Part shown: positions 1-7,610 of the stretch, one piece after another
How positions within the stretch are numbered: position 1 is the stretch's first letter
Layout of the letters: every line of letters starts with the position of its first letter
IMG/VR virus record: IMGVR_UViG_3300048889_000034
Coordinates: 1 to 32,014 of that record
From: a virus
Lineage: Duplodnaviria; Caudoviricetes
Length of the DNA: 32,014 nt
Reading direction: 5' to 3' (one strand)
Position numbers and translations under genes: made by a program
The notes under the pieces: generated by a model
What the model was told of the DNA's origin: nothing
The model's database searches: none
The model's input: the letters and a program-made list of their open reading frames with translations, nothing else

Positions 1-1
1 G

Positions 2-382
2 TCGAAGGGCTTCCTCGACATGCTGTTCGACAAGCAGGCGCACATGCACATCATCTTCCTCTGCCACGAGGATGTGAAAATCGTGGAGAACGTGCATGCG
101 GTCGACGGCCCGGCTCACCCCGGTCGCGCGATGACCGAGTACCTGCCCGGACAGTTCAGCACGGTGGTGCGCCTCATTCGTGAGCAGCAGCTTGTGAAGG
201 GTGCGGCGAACCCCGAGGATGTGGTAGTCGCTGTGGGCGAGAACGATGGCAAGTTCACCGCCAAGATTCGTACCGATGACGAGAGCCAGCCGAACAAGCT
301 GAAGCGCGTCGTGTGCAACCGTGACCCGCGGAACTGGTGGGACCAGTACGACGCGTCACTCAACCTCAAGGAGACCAAGTAG
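2..382 (+). CDS. AAA_24/Sak4-like phage ATPase, C-terminal part (5' truncated by window)
   Basis: Frame is open from base 2. 'MHIIFLCHE...GPAHPGRAMTEYLPGQFSTVVRL' resembles the C-terminal half of phage AAA_24 proteins, and it sits directly upstream of an SSB-like gene. Confidence 0.6.
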   Translation, partial: SKGFLDMLFDKQAHMHIIFLCHEDVKIVENVHAVDGPAHPGRAMTEYLPGQFSTVVRLIREQQLVKGAANPEDVVVAVGENDGKFTAKIRTDDESQPNKLKRVVCNRDPRNWWDQYDASLNLKETK

Positions 383-384
383 CC

Positions 385-1023
385 ATGTCGAACACGAACA
401 ACCTTCCGGTGCCGGACTTCGGCGACGAGGATGCGGCGGCAGTACAGGCGGCACAGAATGCCCTTCAGGAGGGCCGCAACAAGCCGCTGGTCGTGCCCCC
501 GACGGCCGAGGTGTACAAGTCGAAGAAGAACGACTCGACGTACAGCCGGTTCACGGAGCAGGTGACGGTCGAGAAGGCGTACCGCAGCGTCACCGCGGAC
601 GGTGGGAAGATTGACGTGACCGTGCAGTTGCGCGTCCGTCAGTCCGAGGTGAACAGCGGTCGCACGTTCTTTGTGCACTTCTACATCGCGCCCACGGTGG
701 TCGGCCTCAACGAGAAGCAGGTTGCGTATCGCGAGAAGCAGCGCGGCCTGATGTTCGGCCTCATCGAGGCGCTCGGCTTCAAGCCCACCGAGGGCGGCAT
801 CACGGGTGCCCTCCAGAACACGTGCTTCCCGGAGAAGGACTCGCCGGGCGCGGTGTCGCCGCTCGTCGGCCACACGGTGTTCGCGAACATCTGTCAGGTG
901 GACCAGCAGGCGAAGGACAAGGACGGCAAGCTGCTGAAGAACCCGGACGGCACGTCGCAGCGTGACGTGAAGGACAACATCGACGACTGGACCGCGGACG
1001 ACAGCGAGTCCGAGAGCGAGTAA
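385..1023 (+). CDS. Putative single-stranded DNA-binding protein
   Basis: ATG 385 after AAGGAG; beta-rich core and an acidic C-terminal tail (DDWTADDSESESE); follows the Sak4-like gene. Confidence 0.55.
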   Translation: MSNTNNLPVPDFGDEDAAAVQAAQNALQEGRNKPLVVPPTAEVYKSKKNDSTYSRFTEQVTVEKAYRSVTADGGKIDVTVQLRVRQSEVNSGRTFFVHFYIAPTVVGLNEKQVAYREKQRGLMFGLIEALGFKPTEGGITGALQNTCFPEKDSPGAVSPLVGHTVFANICQVDQQAKDKDGKLLKNPDGTSQRDVKDNIDDWTADDSESESE

Positions 1024-1026
1024 CAC

Positions 1027-1737
1027 GTGAGCCTCATCAACGACTCCAGCACTCCGTACGAGGTTCCGCAGAACGACTGGACGGCCATGATTGACGCCGT
1101 CCGTCGGCGGAACGCTGCGGGTGGGGCGTTGCCACCGGAACTCGGGGTCCCTGTGACGGGGACCCCGATGCCGTCTGTGCGCAGCGCCGCAATCGGGAAG
1201 CCGGTCGAGGCACCGCCGCAGTTGTCGGTCTCCGAAATCGAGGAACTCAACCGTCAGGCGATTGCGTCTGGCATGGTGAAGGGGCCGGTCAATCCGGGCA
1301 TCGCGCAGACGCTCGGTGACGACTCGCCCTACGGCAGTCTCGAAGACGCCATCCGGGCCGGTGCGCCCGTTGGTGCCGACGACGAAGCAGTCAACGCTGG
1401 AGCCGCGCAGTTCCGCGAGGCGCAGCCAGTGTTCCCCGGACCCGTACTCCCCGTGCGCCCCGTTGGTGGGCGGCAGACTGCTCGCGAGTTCATCGCGGCG
1501 CAGTCCGCTACGCAGTTGCCCCGTCTGCCCGACTTCAAGAAGGTGCAGATGATTGACTGCGTGAACGGCAAGGTCTACGTGGACGGACTTGAGTTCGAGA
1601 TGCTGCCCGAAGAACTCAAGATGATGCGCAAGTTCGCCGTCACCAAGGCGAAGGAGCAAATCCAGAAGGCACTCGAAGAGGCGCTGTCGGCGCTCAGTGA
1701 GGATGCTGATGGAGAGGGAAGCGACGAAGCAGTGTAG
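1027..1737 (+). CDS. Hypothetical protein (Pro/Ala-rich N-terminus, helical acidic C-terminus)
   Basis: GTG start 3 nt after the previous stop; phage-typical codon usage; no recognised motif. Confidence 0.7.
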   Translation: MSLINDSSTPYEVPQNDWTAMIDAVRRRNAAGGALPPELGVPVTGTPMPSVRSAAIGKPVEAPPQLSVSEIEELNRQAIASGMVKGPVNPGIAQTLGDDSPYGSLEDAIRAGAPVGADDEAVNAGAAQFREAQPVFPGPVLPVRPVGGRQTAREFIAAQSATQLPRLPDFKKVQMIDCVNGKVYVDGLEFEMLPEELKMMRKFAVTKAKEQIQKALEEALSALSEDADGEGSDEAV

Positions 1738-2338
1738 CGACTGCGGCGCGCCCGTTCCTCAGTACCACCTCAAGCACCACATCGGCCAGTGTCGGCGGTG
1801 TCGGCTGCAACGAGCAAAGGCATCGGCGGCCCGTTCGGGCACGGCACAGAAGCGGGGCTGCACGCACGCGGACGTGGACCGTTGCCGCGCGGGTCGATGC
1901 GTCATCTGCAACGTCCCGCCATGGACCCTCGCGCGCTACCGGCTCGGTGTGATGCAGGTTGGTCACATCGTGCCGGGCGATGCGCGTGGTGGGTTCGAGC
2001 CGATGTGTCGCATCTGCAACAAGTACCTCGGCGCGAGGGTGCTCACGGCCAAGACCGGCCGTGAGGTGCTCCGACGCGCTCGACGCTACTGGTCGCGGCT
2101 TGCGATGCGGGATGAGGCATGGGTGCATACGGACGTGGACGAGCGTGGCTTTGGGTACGGCGGCGTAAGCGAGCCCCCCGGACGCGCCCGGAAACTGGAG
2201 GCGTTTGATGCAGAAAGAGAACAGCGCAAAGGGACGGGCGGACTCACCGATTCTGGTGCTCCAGATGTACCCGCTGTCGGAACGGATGACGGCGTGGTTC
2301 TGGCGGACACTCCAGTCGGCGGGAGTCCTGAAGTCTGA
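1709..2338 (+). CDS. Cys-rich HNH-like endonuclease / Zn-binding protein
   Basis: CxxC pairs (CSDC, CRRC, CVIC) and 'QVGHIVP...MCRICN' resembling an HNH core. Start uncertain (1697/1703/1709); 3' end overlaps the polymerase start. Confidence 0.5.
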   Translation: MEREATKQCSDCGAPVPQYHLKHHIGQCRRCRLQRAKASAARSGTAQKRGCTHADVDRCRAGRCVICNVPPWTLARYRLGVMQVGHIVPGDARGGFEPMCRICNKYLGARVLTAKTGREVLRRARRYWSRLAMRDEAWVHTDVDERGFGYGGVSEPPGRARKLEAFDAEREQRKGTGGLTDSGAPDVPAVGTDDGVVLADTPVGGSPEV

Positions 2339-4673
2339 CGTGCGCATTGTCTACATGCTCGACGAGGCTCCTGCGGGCGCGAACAAGAAGCCGACGAAGG
2401 CTCAACTTGACGCGGCGGCGGAGCGCGTGGAGCGCGAGGTACAGGCCAGCGGCGCGAAGGTCATCGTGCCCATGGGCAGCGAGGCGTTGCTCGCGCTCAC
2501 CGGCATTCGTGAGACCATCTTCGACAGCCGCGGGTTCATCATCCGCAACGAACTGTTTCGGCCGATGCCGAAGCGGGTGCGGAAGCAGGTTGGCACCTAC
2601 AAGCGCATGAGCAAGGCGACCGGCGCACAGGCGGGCGACCCAAAGTACGCCATGGTCACTGAGGAAGGCACGGGCATGCTGCCCGCGGATTGGGACGGCG
2701 TGGTCATCCCCACGTACTCCTGCGACTACATCCGCATCGAGCAGTTCGCGCCGAAGCCTGCGTTCAAGGAAGACATGCGCCGCGTCGCACGCGCCGTGCG
2801 GGGCGAGTTGTACGAGGTGGGCACGAAGTTCCGGTACTACGTCAGTCAGCACGAGACGAAGTCGAGCACGGGCGAGCGGTCGTTGCACAAGCTGTCGTTC
2901 GAGACCATGCTCGGGCGGGATATCATCGCCGTGGACATTGAGACACACGGCGTGAACAACGAGGTCATCGACACCATCCAGTTCTCGGACGGTGAGACGA
3001 CCGGTTGCTTCGAGTGGTCGGAAGATGTACGGCAGATGACGGAGCGCATCTTCGCTCGCGCGGGCGCTCTCTTCGCTGTGCACAACTCGACCTTCGATAT
3101 CCCCCGCATCCGGGCGAACGGGGTGAACATCCCGCAGTCCGTTATCGACACGCAGGTGTTCGACACCATGTTCGCGGCAGTCGTGCTCCAGCCGGACCTG
3201 CACAAGGGCCTCGGTCGGTGCGCGACGGTGTACCTCGACTGCACGCCGTGGAAGTGGGACGACCTGAAGGGTGCGTTCCCCGAGGTGTACGCGGCGAAGG
3301 ATGCGCTCATCACGGCGTGGCTGGCGGTGGTGCAGCGGAAGCTGCTCCAGTTGCACGGCATGTGGGACCTCTTCATGGGGCAGGGGAAGCATCCCGGTCC
3401 CGGCGTCATGGCGACGCTGCCCGAACTGGAGACGATGACGCAGGGCGGCGTGCCGCTCGACCAAGAGGGTGCACGGCCGTGGGTCAAGTCGCTGGAGAAG
3501 CGGCTGTTCCGCTACATGTGCATGTGGCTGCGGATGTTCCCGAACACGAACCCGCACGCCAACCCGCAGGTGCAGAAGTTGCTCTACGGGGAGTGGGGCC
3601 TGCCAGTGCAGCGCAACCGCTACACGGAAGGCATCTCGGTGGACGAACTGGCTCTCATCACGTTGCAGGCGTTCGTGCGCGACCAGCGCAACAACCCTGC
3701 CTTCGCGGACGAGTGGCAGTCGGACCCTCGGGCGGTGCCGCGGACGTTCGACCTACTGCTGAAGATTCGGGACACGAGCAAGACGCTCAAGACGTACGTG
3801 CTCCCGGCCCTCGACAGCATCGAGCCGAGGGTCCACCCTCGCTACATCCCCGTCTCGAAGGACGACGAGCGCGGTGGCAAGAAGCTGTTCTCGAAGGGGA
3901 ACACGGCCACCGGGCGGCTCGCGTCGTACGACCCGAACATCCAGAACCAACCGAAGAAGGTGCGGGCGCTGTACATCCCGGACCATCCCGACTGGTGCTT
4001 CATTCAGGCCGACTACAAGAGCGCGGAGTTGTACGTGCTTGCGGGGATGGCTGGTGACGAGTTGCTGCTCGACGACCTCAAGGGCGACATGCACCAGAGG
4101 AACGCGGACTTGCTCGGGGTCAAGCGCAAGAACGCGAAGAACGTGACGTACGCTTCGATGTACCTCGCGTCGCCGGGCAAGCAGACGGAGATGATTCTGG
4201 AGCAGGCGCACACGTACGTGTCGCCCGCAGAGTGCTCGCGTATCTCGCAGGGCATTTGGGGTAAGTACTCGAAGACCAACGCCTACCGTATGTCGCTCGT
4301 GAAGACGTGCGAAGCCACGCAGAAGATTGTCAACCCGTTCGGTCGCGTCCGGTTCTTCCACGCGAACGAGGCTCCCGCGGCGGTGAACTTCATCCCGCAG
4401 AGCACGGTGGCTGACATTCTGTGGTGCGTGCTCAAGCCCGTCGCCGAGGTGGCGCGGAAGTTCGGCGGTCGCATGGTGACGACGGTGCACGACTCCATCC
4501 TCATTGCGGTCCCGGTGGCCAACGCGCAGGCGGTGGCTCTTGAGGTCAAGGCGACGATGGAGAAGCGGTTCGATTGTGTGCGGCCGGGCTTCTACATCCC
4601 GGTCGAACTCGAAATCGGAGAGGCCGGTGGGTCATGGGCTTCCGTGAAACCTTGGCAGCCGCTCGCCGCGTAA
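2208..4673 (+). CDS. polA: Family A DNA polymerase with N-terminal UDG-like domain and 3'-5' exonuclease
   Basis: GGAGG RBS before ATG 2208. Exo I 'AVDIET', Exo II 'HNSTFD', Exo III 'YAAKD'; 'TATGRLAS..PNIQNQP'; motif A 'DYKSAELYVLA'; motif B 'RKNAKNVTYASMY'; motif C 'TVHDSI'. The N-terminus 'VIVPMGSEALLALTG...VIPTY' is UDG-fold-like. Confidence 0.93.
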   Translation: MQKENSAKGRADSPILVLQMYPLSERMTAWFWRTLQSAGVLKSDVRIVYMLDEAPAGANKKPTKAQLDAAAERVEREVQASGAKVIVPMGSEALLALTGIRETIFDSRGFIIRNELFRPMPKRVRKQVGTYKRMSKATGAQAGDPKYAMVTEEGTGMLPADWDGVVIPTYSCDYIRIEQFAPKPAFKEDMRRVARAVRGELYEVGTKFRYYVSQHETKSSTGERSLHKLSFETMLGRDIIAVDIETHGVNNEVIDTIQFSDGETTGCFEWSEDVRQMTERIFARAGALFAVHNSTFDIPRIRANGVNIPQSVIDTQVFDTMFAAVVLQPDLHKGLGRCATVYLDCTPWKWDDLKGAFPEVYAAKDALITAWLAVVQRKLLQLHGMWDLFMGQGKHPGPGVMATLPELETMTQGGVPLDQEGARPWVKSLEKRLFRYMCMWLRMFPNTNPHANPQVQKLLYGEWGLPVQRNRYTEGISVDELALITLQAFVRDQRNNPAFADEWQSDPRAVPRTFDLLLKIRDTSKTLKTYVLPALDSIEPRVHPRYIPVSKDDERGGKKLFSKGNTATGRLASYDPNIQNQPKKVRALYIPDHPDWCFIQADYKSAELYVLAGMAGDELLLDDLKGDMHQRNADLLGVKRKNAKNVTYASMYLASPGKQTEMILEQAHTYVSPAECSRISQGIWGKYSKTNAYRMSLVKTCEATQKIVNPFGRVRFFHANEAPAAVNFIPQSTVADILWCVLKPVAEVARKFGGRMVTTVHDSILIAVPVANAQAVALEVKATMEKRFDCVRPGFYIPVELEIGEAGGSWASVKPWQPLAA

Positions 4674-4747
4674 TCAACGAGGTCCCGCTCGTCGATTTGA
4701 AAATCGAGTGGGTCGAATGGGGAGGGCTCATGGGAGCCGAGAGAGCG

Positions 4748-5155
4748 ATGGCCTCGACGAAGTTCGAGACCAAGGACAGTGGCACGCGGCAGCAGTACGC
4801 GAGCGGCATGCACCGCGACACGACCGAGGGCAAGATTCAGTACGGTCTGGCCCTTGACGGTCCGATGTTCAAGCGGTACGCGGAACTGATGACGCGCGGT
4901 GCCGTGAAGTACGAAGCACGCAACTGGATGAAGGCGGCGGGCAAAGAGGAACTGGAGCGGTTCCGGGACTCGGCGCTGCGCCACTTCATGCAGTGGTACA
5001 ACGGTGACCGTGACGAAGACCACGCCGCGGCCGTCATCTTCAACCTCAACGGTGCGGAGTACGTGGCCGAGAAGCTGGCGACCCCGGACCCGCAGCAGAG
5101 ATTGGAGTTCCGCGTCGATGGCGGGTACAACGAAGGGGACCTCCCGGTGCGGTAA
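4748..5155 (+). CDS. dATP/dGTP diphosphohydrolase domain protein (DUF5664-type)
   Basis: 'KDSGTRQQYASGMHRD..EGK...GAVKY..RNW.K...SALRHF..W..G..DEDHAAAV.FN' is the characteristic pattern of this family. Start uncertain (4634, 4730 or 4748). Confidence 0.8.
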   Translation: MASTKFETKDSGTRQQYASGMHRDTTEGKIQYGLALDGPMFKRYAELMTRGAVKYEARNWMKAAGKEELERFRDSALRHFMQWYNGDRDEDHAAAVIFNLNGAEYVAEKLATPDPQQRLEFRVDGGYNEGDLPVR

Positions 5156-5471
5156 GTGCAAGCGGTGGCCCGCAGAGATGGGGTCACGGTGCCTGCGCTG
5201 CCGCGTCCGAGAGTGCTCGGCCGAAGCGGGGCTCGACAAGTACGACTGGTGGATGGCCACGGAGAACGTGTTCATCCTGCTGATGGCTGGCAGGCTCCTG
5301 AACGACGGGCTCGGTGAGCCTCCACCTCCGGTGCGAGAAGTCGCTAAGACACTTCGCATCCGCAGCGTGCTGTCGCGCTACCGTAAGTGGGACGACTTCA
5401 CGGCACTGGTCGAGATGGTGGACCGGGCCAGAGAGAAGCGCAATGGACGACAGAGCAACACTGAAAGCTGA
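5118..5471 (+). CDS. Hypothetical protein with N-terminal CxxC-x10-CxxC Zn finger
   Basis: GGAG upstream of ATG 5118; 'CGKC...CLRC'; fills the gap between the DUF5664 and lysozyme genes. Confidence 0.6.
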   Translation: MAGTTKGTSRCGKCKRWPAEMGSRCLRCRVRECSAEAGLDKYDWWMATENVFILLMAGRLLNDGLGEPPPPVREVAKTLRIRSVLSRYRKWDDFTALVEMVDRAREKRNGRQSNTES

Positions 5472-5883
5472 ACTGACCCGCGACGAGGGTAAGCGCCTCA
5501 CCTCGTACAGGGACTCGCGCGGATTCTGGACCATCGGCATCGGCCACCTGCTCGGTGAGCAGCAGCGGATGCTGACCATCACCGAGGAAGAGTGCGACGC
5601 ACTGTTCCAAGCCGACCTCAACGAGGCGTACAATGTGGCGCACGCCCTCGCGCCTGAGGTGTTCGCCATCAGCAACTACGAGTTCCGCGACAAGAAGGAG
5701 CGGGTGCTCGTGAACATGGCGTTCAACCTCGGGTATGCCGGGCTCGCCAAGTTCAAGAAGTTCCTCGCGGCTGTCGAGGTGGCGCGCTGGGACGATGCGG
5801 CGGACGAGATGATGGACTCGCTGTGGGCGAAGCAGGTGCCCGCGCGGGCGAAGCGCCTGCGCGACTTGCTTCTGGAGGATTGA
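5443..5883 (+). CDS. T4-lysozyme-family (GH24) endolysin
   Basis: Catalytic E-x8-D-x5-T in 'DEGKRLTSYRDSRGFWTIGIGHL', plus 'LVNMAFNLG' and 'AADEMMDSLWAKQVPARA'. Confidence 0.92.
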   Translation: MDDRATLKAELTRDEGKRLTSYRDSRGFWTIGIGHLLGEQQRMLTITEEECDALFQADLNEAYNVAHALAPEVFAISNYEFRDKKERVLVNMAFNLGYAGLAKFKKFLAAVEVARWDDAADEMMDSLWAKQVPARAKRLRDLLLED

Positions 5884-5884
5884 C

Positions 5885-6469
5885 ATGCGCATCGGGGTCG
5901 ATATCGACGGCGTGATGTACAAGTGGGACAAGACGGCCCGCTACATGCTGCGCGACGTGCTGCCCAACAGTCCGTACAAGGACTCGCCCCTGCTCAAGCA
6001 GGAGGCTCAGTACTGGAACTGGATACCGGACCAAGTGAAGAAGGAGCACTGGAACTGGCTGTGGAAGGAGGGCGTGGCGCTCGGGTTGTTCCGCTACGGC
6101 CACCTCTACCCCGGCACGATTCAGGCCATCCGCACCCTCGCGGCGCGAGGGCACGAGGTGGTGCTCATCACGCACCGGCCGAAGTCGGCGGTGGGTGACA
6201 CACTCGCGTGGCTCGGTCTGTTGAACCTGCCTATCGCGGGCCTGCACCTCCTGACCAATCAGGAGAGCAAGGCGCTCGTGCAGCCGCAGTGTGACGTGTA
6301 CATCGACGATAAGGTCGAGAACGTCCGGGACCTGTACGAGCACACGACCGCGCGGTGCGTGGTCCTCTGCCAGCAACCGTGGAACAACACGGTCGAGTGG
6401 GAGGGGGCGCGCAAGGCGACCACCCGTGGGTGGGACGAGTTCCTGCAAGTGGTCGAGGCGGTCAAGTGA
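5885..6469 (+). CDS. HAD-superfamily 5'(3')-deoxyribonucleotidase (NT5C-like)
   Basis: HAD motif I 'IGVDIDGV', motif II 'LITHR', motif IV 'DVYIDDK', and C-terminal 'QPWN'. Confidence 0.85.
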   Translation: MRIGVDIDGVMYKWDKTARYMLRDVLPNSPYKDSPLLKQEAQYWNWIPDQVKKEHWNWLWKEGVALGLFRYGHLYPGTIQAIRTLAARGHEVVLITHRPKSAVGDTLAWLGLLNLPIAGLHLLTNQESKALVQPQCDVYIDDKVENVRDLYEHTTARCVVLCQQPWNNTVEWEGARKATTRGWDEFLQVVEAVK

Positions 6470-7026
6470 AGAAGCTGATTGTGGTGGACACGGAGACGGG
6501 CGGGTTCGACCCGTGCAAGAACTCCATCCTCACCTTCGGCGCGGTGTTGTACCACGATGGTGCGGCCGTCAGCACGTTCCTCGGCAAGGTCTGCGAGCCG
6601 GTGCTGGAAGTGGACGAGCAGGCCCTCGCGGTGAACGGCATCAGGGTCAAGGACGTGGCCGGGTGGGACAGCCCGTTCCTCGTCGTGCAGCAGTTCGAGC
6701 AGTGGCTCCTACGGAACGAGCAGTACGGGCAGCAGACCCTCGTGGCGCACGGTGTGCAGTTCGACGCGCCGTTCCTGCGGCGGCTCTGGCGGCTCGCAGG
6801 GAAGAACTTCGACGCGCAGTGGTCGCACCGGATGGTCTGCACGCAGTCCGTGGCGAACCTGCTCGTCCTTGCCGGACGACTGGACTTGCCCGGTGACAGC
6901 ACCTCGTTGGACAATGTCGCGGCGGCGTTCGGCTTCAAGCGCGAACACCAGCACCACGACGCACTTGAAGATGCGATTCTCACGGCCCGCGTCCTGCGTC
7001 GGCTGGTGGACCGCGTAACCCTGTAA
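6466..7026 (+). CDS. DEDDh 3'-5' exonuclease (DnaQ/epsilon-like)
   Basis: GTG overlaps the previous stop (GTGA); 'VVDTETGG', 'AHGVQFDAPFL', 'HDALEDA'. Confidence 0.88.
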   Translation: MKKLIVVDTETGGFDPCKNSILTFGAVLYHDGAAVSTFLGKVCEPVLEVDEQALAVNGIRVKDVAGWDSPFLVVQQFEQWLLRNEQYGQQTLVAHGVQFDAPFLRRLWRLAGKNFDAQWSHRMVCTQSVANLLVLAGRLDLPGDSTSLDNVAAAFGFKREHQHHDALEDAILTARVLRRLVDRVTL

Positions 7027-7036
7027 GGAGATGCAC

Positions 7037-7204
7037 ATGCTTCGTCTTGTCGTGAAGTTCTTCGCCTCGCGCATCACGCCCGAGAACCTTATCGCTCTCG
7101 GCACCGCCCTCATCGCGGCTGGCAAGCTGGCGCAGCAGCGTCAGGCGGCCATCGCGGACGCTCTCGCCCACGTGCAGGTCGGCGTGGACAAGCTGTCGGA
7201 CTGA
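7037..7204 (+). CDS. Small hypothetical protein, 55 aa (MLRLVVKFFASRITPENLIALGTALIAAGK...)
   Basis: Not in the ORF track; strong AAGGAG RBS; typical codon usage; amphipathic. Confidence 0.7.
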   Translation: MLRLVVKFFASRITPENLIALGTALIAAGKLAQQRQAAIADALAHVQVGVDKLSD

Positions 7205-7206
7205 CG

Positions 7207-7329
7207 ATGCCTCTGCTCTACATCGTGGTCCAGATTGCGGGCTTCATCTTTCAGGCGGCGCTCGCAGGTTTCGGCTTCGTCCTCGGGGCGCTCGGCGCGG
7301 TGAAGGTGTCCGAGCGGTTCACCAAGTGA
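7207..7329 (+). CDS. Small membrane peptide, 40 aa (MPLLYIVVQIAGFIFQAALAGFGFVLGALGAVKVSERFTK)
   Basis: Starts 2 nt after the previous stop; long Gly-rich hydrophobic stretch. Confidence 0.6.
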   Translation: MPLLYIVVQIAGFIFQAALAGFGFVLGALGAVKVSERFTK

Positions 7330-7415
7330 TTGTCCTCGTCATCCTCGCAGGGATTCTGTTGGTGGCCCTGCTCGCGGATTGGATTCTGGCGTCGTTCCCA
7401 CCTGCGACGCCGTAG
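7326..7415 (+). CDS. Small membrane peptide, 29 aa (MIVLVILAGILLVALLADWILASFPPATP)
   Basis: GTGA start/stop overlap with the previous ORF; single TM-like helix; ends 3 nt before the tRNA. Confidence 0.5.
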   Translation: MIVLVILAGILLVALLADWILASFPPATP

Positions 7416-7418
7416 GAT

Positions 7419-7493
7419 GTGTCGGAGCACGAAGAGTCGAGTGGGGAGGTTGTGAACCTCCGCAAGTGGGTGTGAGTCCCACCCGACACCCCA
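7419..7493 (+). tRNA. Atypical tRNA-His (anticodon GUG), CCA encoded
   Basis: Acceptor GTGTCGG/CCGACAC, discriminator C, CCA at 7491-7493. D stem CAC/GTG; anticodon arm GGAGG-TTGTGAA-CCTCC; T arm GTGGG-TGTGAGT-CCCAC. Non-canonical T loop, no U8, no D-loop GG, no encoded G-1. Confidence 0.8.
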
Positions 7494-7532
7494 AGCTGCC
7501 GGGTCGCTCCCGGCTGAACTGGCGAGGTACTA

Positions 7533-7600
7533 CGGGCGAACCCAGCGACGTATTGGGCCGCAAGTGCGCGAGCACGTCGAACGCGGCTAGAGCCCGACCA
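7533..7600 (+). ncRNA. Candidate compact structured RNA ending in ACCA
   Basis: Closing stem CGGGC/GCCCG followed by ACCA; hairpin CCCAG-CGACGTA-TTGGG; stem CCGC/GCGG enclosing the GNRA hairpin GTGC-GCGA-GCAC; loop CGAC complementary to GTCG (7576-7579). Confidence 0.4.
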
Positions 7601-7610
7601 ACGTGAGGTA

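Noticed and set aside
115-1659. Long antisense ORFs (115-1659, 2244-3557, 8558-10216, 16700-18958, 19514-21307, 22869-24473, 26181-28292 and others)
   Set aside because: They are shadows of GC-rich coding on the opposite strand: Arg/His/Val-rich, no motifs, and fully overlapping well-supported genes.
4574-7026. Z-genome (2-aminoadenine) or 7-deazaguanine pathway call
   Set aside because: No PurZ, DpdA or Que-pathway gene is visible in the window; DUF5664 alone is insufficient.
7533-7570. Resemblance of GGGCGAACC...GGGCCGCAAG to a c-di-GMP-I riboswitch
   Set aside because: The tetraloop/receptor arrangement does not fit and there is no downstream gene to regulate on that strand.
7494-7600. 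HDV-like theta ribozyme after the tRNA
   Set aside because: P1 does not begin at the tRNA 3' end and P3/L3/P1.1 could not be assigned; kept only as an unexplained structured element.
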